Assembly (NCBI GenBank): GCA_003229305.1
Contig: QIDH01000057.1
Span: 1,702-65,701 of the forward strand
DNA length: 64,000 nucleotides
Direction: 5' to 3'
Origin: Acidimicrobiia bacterium
GTDB lineage: Bacteria > Actinomycetota > Acidimicrobiia > Spongiisociales > Spongiisociaceae
The translations under genes were made by a program, and so were the position numbers. Below are positions 39,971 to 48,747 of this stretch, piece after piece. A model generated the notes under the pieces. The model ran no database searches, had not been told where the DNA came from, and saw nothing but the letters and a program-made list of their open reading frames with translations. The first letter of the stretch is position 1. Every line of letters starts with the position of its first letter.

Positions 39971-41632
39971 ATGTGGGTCGGGGGCCGTTGGTGGAACAGG
40001 GCGTTGTTGGTTTTGGCAGTGCCTCTTTTGGTCGCCCTCTTGGCGTTCGTGGCCTGGTGGGCTGACAGCCTTGGGGCCGACGGCAACGTTGTGCGCAATA
40101 CGGAAATCGATGGAGTCGCAGTCGGGGGTATGAGCGACACCGACTTGGTCTCCGCCGTCGAGGACCTCTCGTCCGATTTGTCCGTGGTCACCGTTCGGGT
40201 TGACCTTGGCGACGACGTCCTGGAGGCTTCGGCGGATAAGCTCGGAATCAGCGTCGATATCGAATCAACCGTCTTGGCTGCGATGGCCGCGGGGCGAGAC
40301 GGTTCGGTCGTCACCCGAGCGGTCGGTTGGATCGGTGCGTTTCGAAACCCGAACGAAGTGTCTGCCCGGTTCTCAATCGATCAGTCGATCGCACGCCGGA
40401 CCATCGAGGCCGACGGGCGTATGGCTGATCGGATGCCGGTCGAGCCGACGATCGAGTTCGATGGCGAACGGCTGGCTGTCGTCGCCGCCGTCCCCGGCCG
40501 CACCCTCGACGTCGACGACATCGTGGAACGTCTGGCTGTCGCAGTGGCGGACGGATTGCCAGACCAGATAAGTTCGCAGTGGGCTCCGGTGCAGACGATT
40601 CAGTCAACCGATCTGGCTACCCGCATGCTCGCCGAGGTGGACCGTCGCACCGACGCCGGAGTGGTCGTCGAGGTACGTGGCACCCAGCGGTGGATCCCAC
40701 CCAAGGTTCTATTTGGATGGATTGGATCCGAGGTCTCCTCAGGTGAACTCACACTCACATTCGAAGACGCCGCGTTGCTCGAGTACGTCGAGGGCCTATT
40801 CGACGACTTCTCGGTCGGGACGATCTCGACGGCGTTCAACGTGGTTGACGGCGTCCCAGTGCTCGGGGACATTGGCGACGACCGAGCAGTCTGTTGCTCG
40901 ACCCTGGCCGTTGACGCGGTCCAACGAGTCGTGAGAGGCGAGTCGTTCGGCGTGGCAACATTGCCGCTTCGTTCGCCCACCATCGACGAGTCGATCTTCG
41001 CCGCATCCCAGTTGGGTATCGTCGAACTAGTCGGGTCATTCACGACGAATTACGTCTGTTGTCAGAGCCGGGTGACCAACATCCAGCGCATCGCCGACAT
41101 CATCAGGGGAGTGGTGCTCGAACCGGGGGAACAGCTTTCGATCAACGGGTTTGTTGGACGTCGTACTACGGAGAACGGCTTTGTCGGGGGAGGGGTCATA
41201 GACAGAGGGCGATTCAACAACGCAGTTGGAGGAGGCATCTCGCAGTTTGCGACCACCATGTTCAATGCTGCTTTTTTTGCCGGCCTCGACATACCCGAGT
41301 ATCAGAGCCATTCGATATACATCAGTCGGTATCCGTATGGTCGCGAGGCAACTCTCTCTTTCCCCGCCCCAGACCTGGTGATCGACAACACCAGCGAGTA
41401 CGCGGTGCTGATTTGGCCCACCTACACCGACACGTCCCTGACGGTCGACATCTACTCGACGAAGTACATCGAAGTCGAGGCCCTCGACTACCGGGTAGGC
41501 AGCGCCCGCAGATGCACAAGAGTGACCTCACCACGCCAGCGCACCTATCCGGACGGAACGGTAGTCATAGACGAGTTCTTCGCCACCTATCGCCCAGGCA
41601 CCGGCCTCGACTGCAACGGAAACCCGACGTAG
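39971..41632 (+). CDS. VanW family protein with peptidoglycan-binding region
   Basis: N-terminal TM; RVTNI, PGEQLSIN, GGGISQFATTMFNAAF, HS.YISRYPYGREAT. Confidence 0.9.
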   Translation: MWVGGRWWNRALLVLAVPLLVALLAFVAWWADSLGADGNVVRNTEIDGVAVGGMSDTDLVSAVEDLSSDLSVVTVRVDLGDDVLEASADKLGISVDIESTVLAAMAAGRDGSVVTRAVGWIGAFRNPNEVSARFSIDQSIARRTIEADGRMADRMPVEPTIEFDGERLAVVAAVPGRTLDVDDIVERLAVAVADGLPDQISSQWAPVQTIQSTDLATRMLAEVDRRTDAGVVVEVRGTQRWIPPKVLFGWIGSEVSSGELTLTFEDAALLEYVEGLFDDFSVGTISTAFNVVDGVPVLGDIGDDRAVCCSTLAVDAVQRVVRGESFGVATLPLRSPTIDESIFAASQLGIVELVGSFTTNYVCCQSRVTNIQRIADIIRGVVLEPGEQLSINGFVGRRTTENGFVGGGVIDRGRFNNAVGGGISQFATTMFNAAFFAGLDIPEYQSHSIYISRYPYGREATLSFPAPDLVIDNTSEYAVLIWPTYTDTSLTVDIYSTKYIEVEALDYRVGSARRCTRVTSPRQRTYPDGTVVIDEFFATYRPGTGLDCNGNPT

Positions 41633-41688
41633 CGGTGGTCAAGTCACGCACCTCTTGAATGCCCGACGCCGGTGTGTACAATATGCGC

Positions 41689-41916
41689 ATGGCCCGTGTG
41701 AATGTGTACCTGCCTGATGATCTCGCTGAAGAAGTGAAGTCTGTCGGTTTGAACGTCTCCAAACTCACGCAGGAGGCATTGAGAAGCGCTCTCGCCGCCA
41801 GTCGTGTAGGCGATTGGCTGGACGATGTTGGAGCGCTACGGTCGGTGGGTGTCGACCAGCAGGCCATTGTGGCGGCCGTGTCTGGAGCGAAGGACGAGGT
41901 GGAGGGTCTTGACTGA
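41689..41916 (+). CDS. vapB: Type II antitoxin (RHH, CcdA/VapB3-like)
   Basis: MARVNVYLPDDL..GLNVSKLTQEAL; TTGAAT-16-TACAAT-6nt-ATG. Confidence 0.88.
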   Translation: MARVNVYLPDDLAEEVKSVGLNVSKLTQEALRSALAASRVGDWLDDVGALRSVGVDQQAIVAAVSGAKDEVEGLD

Positions 41917-42307
41917 TCGGTTGATAGTCGACGCATCGGCCATGGTCGATTTGCTCGTTGGGTCGCCTCAAAGTGCCTTGATCCAGGGACGGCTGCGTGG
42001 ATCCGAGATCCACGTCCCTGCTCACTTCGATGCTGAGGTGTTCTCAGCCCTTGGGAGGCTCCAGAGGAGTGGTCACCTCACCACGCGCCAGGTTTCATCA
42101 AGGGTCAAGCGGCTATCTGCAGCTCCGTTTCGCCGTCATTTCCTCATGTCGTTGCTCGACGGTGCGTGGAGGCGTCGCCACAATCTCCGTCTTGTGGACG
42201 CGCTGTACGTGGAGCTCGCCACCCAGATGGATGCACCGGTCATCACCACTGATGCGGGCCTGGCCGCAGCCTCATCATCGGCGGAACTGGTCACGGCGAC
42301 CGGTTGA
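41909..42307 (+). CDS. vapC: VapC PIN-domain toxin (VapC3-like)
   Basis: IVDASAMVDLL, PAHFDAEV, DALYVELA, TTDAGL; overlaps the antitoxin stop (alternative start 41921). Confidence 0.92.
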   Translation: MTDRLIVDASAMVDLLVGSPQSALIQGRLRGSEIHVPAHFDAEVFSALGRLQRSGHLTTRQVSSRVKRLSAAPFRRHFLMSLLDGAWRRRHNLRLVDALYVELATQMDAPVITTDAGLAAASSSAELVTATG

Positions 42308-42380
42308 GCAACGCTTCTCGCCCATATTTCTGAATGCTGTGCGACCATCCTTTCAGTTCGGGAGATCAAACGGAGGCTTG

Positions 42381-42770
42381 ATGGCAGTCAGCAAGACAAT
42401 TCAGCGACGCTTGGCATGGATCGATACAGATGCGTCTGGAATCTGGCATTACTCCACGGTGATCCGCTTTGCCGAGGCCGTCGAGGGTGAGTTGCATCGC
42501 GAATTGGGAATCTCGGAATTCACGTTCGGAGCGCTGCCAAGGGTCCACATCGAATTCGACTTCAAACGTCCCGTGGCCTTCGACGAGCTGGTTTCCATTT
42601 CTCTCACCGTTGCCTCGGTTGGTTCCAGTTCGTTGACCTACGACCTCGAGCTGTCCGTGGACGGCGACCTTGTGGCGAACGGCAAGATCGTCACGGTTCT
42701 ACTGGATCGGCAGACGCAGGCGGCAGCGCCCTGGCCGGACGAGATCCGGGCCAAGCTCGAAGGGGCCTGA
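42381..42770 (+). CDS. Acyl-CoA thioesterase (4HBT hot-dog)
   Basis: WIDTDASGIWHY..RFAE, FKRPVAFDE, VGSSSLTY. Confidence 0.88.
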   Translation: MAVSKTIQRRLAWIDTDASGIWHYSTVIRFAEAVEGELHRELGISEFTFGALPRVHIEFDFKRPVAFDELVSISLTVASVGSSSLTYDLELSVDGDLVANGKIVTVLLDRQTQAAAPWPDEIRAKLEGA

Positions 42771-42803
42771 TCCGACTCTGCCCGGACGCGTATCCTTCTG
42801 GCT

Positions 42804-43940
42804 ATGGATGGTCTGGAAGAATTCCGTTCCGAGGTCCGTTCGATCCTCGCCTCAGAGTGGGATGCGGATCGGTATGCCGCCGAGGTGGAGTCGGTCACGG
42901 TGGCCGGCGGCACGCCTGCCGGCGAATGGCACAGGTCGCTCCAGTCGCATCGTCTGGTTGCCCCCCACTTCCCGGAGGAGTTCGGCGGGCGGGGTCTGAG
43001 CCAGCTTCATCGAGCGGTTGTCACCGAAGAACTCGACCTGTTGGGCGCTCTCCCGCCCTCCAACATCATCGGGGTCGGCTGGGCGGCGCCGACGATCCTG
43101 GCCCACGGCACCGAGGAGCAGAAACGCCGCTACATCCCACCCCTGCTCGAAGGCGCCGAGATCTGGTGTCAGCTCTTCTCCGAACCCGGGGCAGGCTCGG
43201 ACCTGGCGGGGCTGACAACCAGGGCGGAGCGTGACGGCGACGAGTTCGTTGTCACCGGACAGAAGACCTGGACGTCCGGAGCGCATTACTCGACTTTTGG
43301 GATACTGCTTGCCCGCACCGACCCGGACGCCCCCAAACACCGGGGCATCAGCTACTTCATCTTCCCGATGCGCCAGCCAGGGGTAGAAATTCGTCCCATA
43401 AGGCAGATGACCGGTGAGTCGGAATTCTGTGAGGTTTTTCTGGATGGCGCTCGGGTCCCGGCCGCCAACCTCGTCGGCGAATTGAATGATGGTTGGCGGG
43501 TGGCGATCACGACTCTCATGAACGAGCGGATCTCGCTGTCGACGGGGGTGGGCATGCTGTGGGGCCTCGGTATGTCGTTCAATCGATTCTGGGAACAGGC
43601 TGCCGTTGGGCCGCTGAGTGCGCTCGATCGGGATCGTCTGACCCGCCTCTACGTACGTCATCGTATCCTCGGCAACCTCAAGTCGGCCGCGTTGGCCAAG
43701 ACGGTGGCCGGGGGCACTCCAGGTATCGAGGCAGCGATCCAAAAGCTGCTCGCCGACACCCTCGGACGTGACGCAACCAACCTTCTCGTGGATTTCCGCG
43801 GATTGGGTGGGCTGCAGATGGACGATCAGCCGGCGGTCCAGGCACTGTTCGCTCGAGCCCTGACCATCGGAGGCGGCACTGAAGAGGTCCAGAAGAACAT
43901 TCTCGCCGAAAGGGCGCTCGGCCTGCCGGGAGACGGGTAG
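42804..43940 (+). CDS. Acyl-CoA dehydrogenase (FadE)
   Basis: WCQLFSEPGAGSDLA, GQKTWTS, TIGGGTEEVQKNILAERALGLP. Confidence 0.93.
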   Translation: MDGLEEFRSEVRSILASEWDADRYAAEVESVTVAGGTPAGEWHRSLQSHRLVAPHFPEEFGGRGLSQLHRAVVTEELDLLGALPPSNIIGVGWAAPTILAHGTEEQKRRYIPPLLEGAEIWCQLFSEPGAGSDLAGLTTRAERDGDEFVVTGQKTWTSGAHYSTFGILLARTDPDAPKHRGISYFIFPMRQPGVEIRPIRQMTGESEFCEVFLDGARVPAANLVGELNDGWRVAITTLMNERISLSTGVGMLWGLGMSFNRFWEQAAVGPLSALDRDRLTRLYVRHRILGNLKSAALAKTVAGGTPGIEAAIQKLLADTLGRDATNLLVDFRGLGGLQMDDQPAVQALFARALTIGGGTEEVQKNILAERALGLPGDG

Positions 43941-43963
43941 GTGGGCCCGATCGATCGGAGCTG

Positions 43964-44012
43964 TCCGGCCTCCGCTGTCCGCCTTCCGCTATCCGCCTTC
44001 CGCCTTCCGCCG
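43964..44012 (+). repeat. Tandem heptamer repeat, 7 x TCCGCNN
   Basis: TCCGGCC TCCGCTG TCCGCCT TCCGCTA TCCGCCT TCCGCCT TCCGCCG. Confidence 0.85.
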
Positions 44013-44158
44013 CGGCGAGGGTTGCATGAGATCAGGGGGCGTTGGCTGGGCGAGTTGAATTGGCGGTCCGGGTTGGGCCGTTCAGGATATTTGTTGAACT
44101 GGATGAGGTCGGTGGATTGGATGCGCTGGTTTGGTGTGGCCACTAGGGCAGGGCCTGG

Positions 44159-45304
44159 TCAGGGTGGTGGGCGGCTTCGGGGTTTTCTGAGGAATTGTCT
44201 CCGTAGTTGTGGTGAGTCGGGTTCGATTTGGAATCCTTGGCGGTGGATGGCGACGTGGTGGTGGAACCAGCAGAGGGTGGCGAGGTTTTGTTCCTCGGTT
44301 GCACCGCCGTCTTGCCAGTGGATGATGTGGTGGGGTTCGAGCCGGTAGGTGGAGTCGCATCCGGCGATGGTGCAAACGCCGAGGTCACGGTGGATGACCC
44401 ATCGTTTGAGTCTTGGTGGGACAGCCCGGCTGGTTCTGCCGATTCCTAATGCTTCAGAATCGGCGTCCAACTCCATCATCGCGCCACCGCAGATGAGTTG
44501 TTGGAGGGCTTGGGGTCCGGTCCGGATACCGTTGTCGATTCGCACTACCGGCCGCTGGTCCACGGTGCTAGCCGGTTCGTCGGACGGCGCGGGGTCGACG
44601 AATACTGTGATGACCGCCCCCGGACTATCGGTGCCTTGGCTGGTGTGGTTGAGGTCGTCTGTGGCCATGTCGACCAGGGAGTCATGCAAGAGTTGACCGC
44701 GGGTGAGGGTTGTGCCGTCTGGTAGTTCGCGACGTAGCCGTTCGGCGCGGAGCATCAGGGCGGTTTCGACCACTTTGGCGTCTGTGCCTGCCATGGTGAG
44801 CCAGCCGGTGTAGTGCGACTCGTCGAGGCGGGGTTGCAGGGCCAGGCAGCGGTGTTCGAATATGTCCGTTTCTTCGCCCTCGCCCAACGGTTCTCTTGAC
44901 ACTCTGAGCCGGGCGAGTGCCCCGATGTCGTATCCGGCGGTCCGGGAGAGGGCGTCTTGGTAGCCGGTGTTGGCAAGGCGGATGGTTTGGGTGGCTCGGT
45001 CGAAGCTGATGTCACCGTTGTCGAGGGCGGCGTTGATGTCTTCGTGTTGGCAGCGGGCCACGAGGACCAGATCGCGGGCAGTGGTCCGGGAGATATCGAA
45101 TCGGGCGGCGCACCATTCGACCAGAGTTCTGGCACCATCGGCTGTCGTGACCTGTTGGCGGTCCAGAGCGACAAGTTCTTGAGCCTGGAGGGCGCGTAGT
45201 TGGGCGATTATCCGCTCGGCGTCCAAGATGCGTTGTTCGTGCACATCCGGCGGCAAATCGGCCGAGCCGACTTGCGATGCTCCTGCTACCAGTGTGTCGA
45301 ACAT
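44159..45304 (-). CDS. DUF222 (13E12-like) HNH endonuclease, probable selfish element
   Basis: DGARTLVEW, LDNGDISFD, IGRTSR, RDLGVCTIAGC..HHIIHWQDGGAT..NLATLCWFHH, ends RPPP. Confidence 0.9.
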   Translation of the reverse strand: MFDTLVAGASQVGSADLPPDVHEQRILDAERIIAQLRALQAQELVALDRQQVTTADGARTLVEWCAARFDISRTTARDLVLVARCQHEDINAALDNGDISFDRATQTIRLANTGYQDALSRTAGYDIGALARLRVSREPLGEGEETDIFEHRCLALQPRLDESHYTGWLTMAGTDAKVVETALMLRAERLRRELPDGTTLTRGQLLHDSLVDMATDDLNHTSQGTDSPGAVITVFVDPAPSDEPASTVDQRPVVRIDNGIRTGPQALQQLICGGAMMELDADSEALGIGRTSRAVPPRLKRWVIHRDLGVCTIAGCDSTYRLEPHHIIHWQDGGATEEQNLATLCWFHHHVAIHRQGFQIEPDSPQLRRQFLRKPRSRPPP

Positions 45305-45312
45305 GTGTTCGA
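45297..45312. promoter_or_regulatory. Actinobacterial LexA (SOS) box
   Basis: Perfect TCGAAC-ATGT-GTTCGA covering the HNH start codon. Confidence 0.9.
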
Positions 45313-45333
45313 TAATATCAGACCACTACGACA
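45312..45333 (-). promoter_or_regulatory. PafBC-type (RecA-NDp) DNA-damage promoter
   Basis: TGTCGT-N10-TATTAT versus consensus TGTCGG-N10-TANNNT; ATG 7 nt downstream. Confidence 0.65.
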
Positions 45334-45459
45334 GAAAACAGGGGTCTACCAGGACTTTTCTACAGAAATACATGTTGGGCAGGGCGCAGAATGGAATCGC
45401 CGAATTTGAGAAGGTAACCAACCATTCGTGCCGGTCGGGCGTCGCATAGGTAAGTGGTT

Positions 45460-45750
45460 ATGGACGATCCTGACTTGTGGTCGAAGCTCAGCGGTGACCT
45501 CATTCGTTTCGCCACCGCGCTCGTTGGGCCTGACGAGGCCGAGGACGTGGTTTCTCGGGGTGATGGCGGGCTGCTTGCCCACAGATCGCTGGCGTCGCTG
45601 GACAACCCCGAGGCCTGCATGTTCAGGCGGTGTTGAACGGAGGGCAGGTCGGCTTGGCTAAGGACCAGCCACCTGCTCCTGGTTTGGTTGGACTCCTGTG
45701 ACGTGGGCTAGGGCGTTTCCCAGGAGTTCCTTGACGACGTGGTGCGTGTT
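45460..45750 (+). pseudogene. Frameshifted ECF sigma factor remnant (end approximate)
   Basis: GDLIRFATALVGPDEAEDVVS and, in another frame, AVLN; parallels GDLVRYATALVGPNDAADVVS..RAVLNE at 51730. Confidence 0.75.
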
Positions 45751-45879
45751 GCTGGCAGGGGGGAGGCTCCGCTCACTCGATCATGTTTCGAGATGAAGTG
45801 GGTGCGTAGCCATCCATCCACGCTTGCCGAAGACCGCGAGGTAGTTGTTTCGGCTAGTGCGATTGGACCATTGCTCGAG

Positions 45880-46404
45880 TCAGCGAAGGTTGTCGGATTC
45901 GACCACAAAGAACCCCGTCGGCAGGCTGTCATTTCTGGGAATGATAGAGCTGCTGATCAACTCAAGTTCAAGCCTGAGGGCCTCATCAAACTCGAGACCG
46001 GGTCGCCACACATCGTAGCCTTCCTCACCGCTGCCCGCTATGAGGAACCCGGAGAAACCGCTGGTCTGGATACTCTCCAGGGTCATCTCGGCGGTGAGGA
46101 TGTCGACGTTCGCAAGGGGTTGGACTGAGTACACTGGGCCCTCATCCGCGGACTCATTCAATGCCGGGAGCGCAGCAGCCTCGGAGTCCGCGAGATTGCT
46201 GGCGCTCTCTAAGAGGCGCAGGCGCGTCTGCTGGCGGTCTTCGGGCTCACCCGCCGGGTCAGGGGAGAAAACTAAGACGCCAGCACCGAGTCCGAACGCG
46301 CCGAAGAATACGAGGAAAACGGCCAGCCTGATTGCGCACCCACGACGGATGAGGCGGCTAACCCGATTCCCCGGGGTTGGGTCGGCGGGCTCAGAACCAG
46401 TCAC
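45880..46404 (-). CDS. Hypothetical single-TM protein, possibly truncated
   Basis: TM LAVFLVFFGAFGLGAGVLVF; TACGAT-6nt-GTG. Confidence 0.55.
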   Translation of the reverse strand: MTGSEPADPTPGNRVSRLIRRGCAIRLAVFLVFFGAFGLGAGVLVFSPDPAGEPEDRQQTRLRLLESASNLADSEAAALPALNESADEGPVYSVQPLANVDILTAEMTLESIQTSGFSGFLIAGSGEEGYDVWRPGLEFDEALRLELELISSSIIPRNDSLPTGFFVVESDNLR

Positions 46405-46589
46405 GACGGAATCGTACTTCGCACAAACAAGCGTTTGCGAACCGAATCACCCCAGAGGTTGTTGGAAGCTCTGACCTTGAGAGGATTGATTATGCCCCTC
46501 TGGACCGCCCTGTATTTGGCGGACCTGTCCTATGTCAGGACTCATGTAGATCACAGGTCGAGTACGTGACCGGTTCAAGGCGGTCCCTC

Positions 46590-46611
46590 CCTAACGAACG
46601 TTAGGTATGCT
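46590..46611 (+). promoter_or_regulatory. TetR operator palindrome plus -10
   Basis: CCTAACG-aa-CGTTAGG (46590-46605) abutting TATGCT (46606-46611). Confidence 0.75.
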
Positions 46612-46616
46612 GGGTG

Positions 46617-47210
46617 GTGATGACCAGTACTTTGATTGATACTCGGACCCGCCTGCTTGGCATCGCTGCTGAGCAGTTTCTTGCTCGGGGATACGTGGAG
46701 ACGACCTTGCGGGGGATTGCGGCCGAGGCGGGGGTGAAGGCCGGCAGCATCTACTACCACTTCGATTCGAAGGATTCGATGCTGGAGGCCATTCTCGGCG
46801 AGGGCATCGAGCGGATCGCGGCGTCGCTCGAGTCCGGTCTTGCCGATGCGGGTCAAAATCCGCTCGATCAGGTCGTCGCCGCCATCCATGCCCATCTCGG
46901 CGCACTGTTCGAACACGGGGCGTTTACGGCCTGCCACGTCAAGGTTTTCCACCAAGCCCCTTCCGAGGTCAAGGCGAAGGCGACGGTTCGACGGGATGCC
47001 TACGAGGCCACCTGGACCCGACTCCTGACCGAAGCCGAGACGTCGGGTCGACTGCGACCGATGATCGAACCTGGGATAGCCCGGCTCTATCTGCTCGGGG
47101 CGCTCAATGCCACGATTGAGTGGTTCACACCTGGTGACATCGCCGCACTGGCAGACGCCTTCGCAGAAATGTTTGTCAACGGAGCCTTCATCCCAAGGTG
47201 GAAAGAATGA
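46617..47210 (+). CDS. TetR/AcrR family regulator
   Basis: GYVETTLRGIAAEAGVKAGSIYYHFDSKD; GALNATIEWF. Confidence 0.92.
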   Translation: MMTSTLIDTRTRLLGIAAEQFLARGYVETTLRGIAAEAGVKAGSIYYHFDSKDSMLEAILGEGIERIAASLESGLADAGQNPLDQVVAAIHAHLGALFEHGAFTACHVKVFHQAPSEVKAKATVRRDAYEATWTRLLTEAETSGRLRPMIEPGIARLYLLGALNATIEWFTPGDIAALADAFAEMFVNGAFIPRWKE

Positions 47211-48355
47211 AACCCAACATCTATCTCGACGAGGATCTCGTCGCATTCCAGAAGCAGACCCTGGAGTTCATCGACAGGGAGGTGAAGCCTTACGGTGACG
47301 CCTGGGAAACGGAACATCGCATCCCCCGCGATGTGCTCAGGAAGATGGGCGAGATCGGTTTCTTCGGCATCAGAGTCCCTGAGCGGTTCGGGGGTCTCGA
47401 TCTTGGTCCGATCGCTTCGTGCGCATTCGCTGAGGCTCTCGGCACATCTACCTACGGGGGGTTCGGGTCGACGGTGCTGGTTCACACCGACATGGCTTCA
47501 CCCCACTTGCTCAACGCGGGTAACGAAGCTCAGCTCGAGCGGCACATGCCTGGGATCATCAGCGGCGAGATCCTCACCGCGATCGCGGTCACTGAGCCTG
47601 ACGCCGGGTCCGACGTGGCCGGGATGCGGACTTCGGCCAAGAAAGACGGCAACGGCTACCGGCTCAATGGCACGAAGATGTTCATCACGAACGGCATCAC
47701 CGCAGACGTCCTGATCGTCGCAGCCAAAACCGAACCGGAGTCTGGATCAAGCGGAATCACTATGTTCCTTGTCGAGCGTGACACGGAGGGATTCTCGGTG
47801 GGGAGGGCCCTCGACAAGCACGGCTGGCATTGCTCGGACACCGCAGAGCTGGTGTTCGACGACGCCTGGATCTCTGAGGACAACGTGCTCGGCGAGTTGA
47901 ACCGCGGGTTCTACTCGATCATGAACAACTTCCAGAACGAGCGACTGGTGCTCGGCAGCCAAGCGGTAGGGGAGGCTCAGACGGCCATCGACATCACCCT
48001 CGAGTACACCCAGAATCGCAGGGCGTTCGGGGCCACCCTCTACGACAAACAGGCCATCCGTCACCGTTTGGCAACTGTCCAGGCAGAGGTCGACGCCGCT
48101 CGCCAATTCGCCTACCACTGCGCATGGCTCATGGAGAGTGGACAAGACGCAGTGAAAGAGGTTTCCGAGCTCAAGGCCCTCGTCGGAGAGCTCGTCAACC
48201 GGGTCATGTATGAGTGCGTCCAGTTCCACGGCGGCATGGGCTATATGACAGAATCGACGATCGAACGGATGTCGCGCGACGCCCGCATCCAGTCGATCGG
48301 CGGTGGCGCCACAGAGGTCATGCTCGAAGAAGTGGCGAAGCGCTCCTACGTCTGA
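47207..48355 (+). CDS. Acyl-CoA dehydrogenase (long-chain / AtuD-like)
   Basis: AVTEPDAGSDVA, NGTKMFITNG, SDTAELVF, QFHGGMGY, IGGGATEVM. Confidence 0.93.
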   Translation: MKPNIYLDEDLVAFQKQTLEFIDREVKPYGDAWETEHRIPRDVLRKMGEIGFFGIRVPERFGGLDLGPIASCAFAEALGTSTYGGFGSTVLVHTDMASPHLLNAGNEAQLERHMPGIISGEILTAIAVTEPDAGSDVAGMRTSAKKDGNGYRLNGTKMFITNGITADVLIVAAKTEPESGSSGITMFLVERDTEGFSVGRALDKHGWHCSDTAELVFDDAWISEDNVLGELNRGFYSIMNNFQNERLVLGSQAVGEAQTAIDITLEYTQNRRAFGATLYDKQAIRHRLATVQAEVDAARQFAYHCAWLMESGQDAVKEVSELKALVGELVNRVMYECVQFHGGMGYMTESTIERMSRDARIQSIGGGATEVMLEEVAKRSYV

Positions 48356-48462
48356 ACGTTCAGACCCAAAACCCAGGGAAAGTTGGCGGTTGAGCGGGTC
48401 GGCGCCCTCGTGACGTGGTATCACTGAGGCCGGGCGGATTTGCGACCGAGGAGTGGTGGCCC

Positions 48463-48747
48463 GTGGCGGCGGGTTCAGTGAGGATCGATCAGCGTGGACG
48501 GCCACGGCTTTGGTTGGCCGCGTCCCTGGATGCTCCCAATCATCGGGTGATCCTTGAATCGACCGAGCCGACGGTGCGTGGTTTCTGCGAGACATGCTTC
48601 GAGGAGTGGGATGACCTGGCGGCGGCAGGTCGCAAGGCGAGGAGTTGCGATGTGATGGTTCGCTACCTGTCCGATCTCAACCGCGACCGTAAACGCCGTT
48701 CGGTGCTTCACCTCGAGGTCGAACAAGCCCGTCAAACGAACCGCTGA
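48463..48747 (+). CDS. Small hypothetical protein with CxxC
   Basis: GAGGAG RBS before GTG; H..CETC..C. Confidence 0.4.
   Translation: MAAGSVRIDQRGRPRLWLAASLDAPNHRVILESTEPTVRGFCETCFEEWDDLAAAGRKARSCDVMVRYLSDLNRDRKRRSVLHLEVEQARQTNR

Noticed and set aside
43964-44012. CRISPR-like array next to the HNH nuclease
   Set aside because: Units are 7 bp with no spacers, and no cas genes are present
44013-44158. Structured guide RNA (OMEGA/HEARO-like) downstream of HNH
   Set aside because: The sense strand is G-poor with little pairing potential, and the protein lacks RuvC or PLMP motifs
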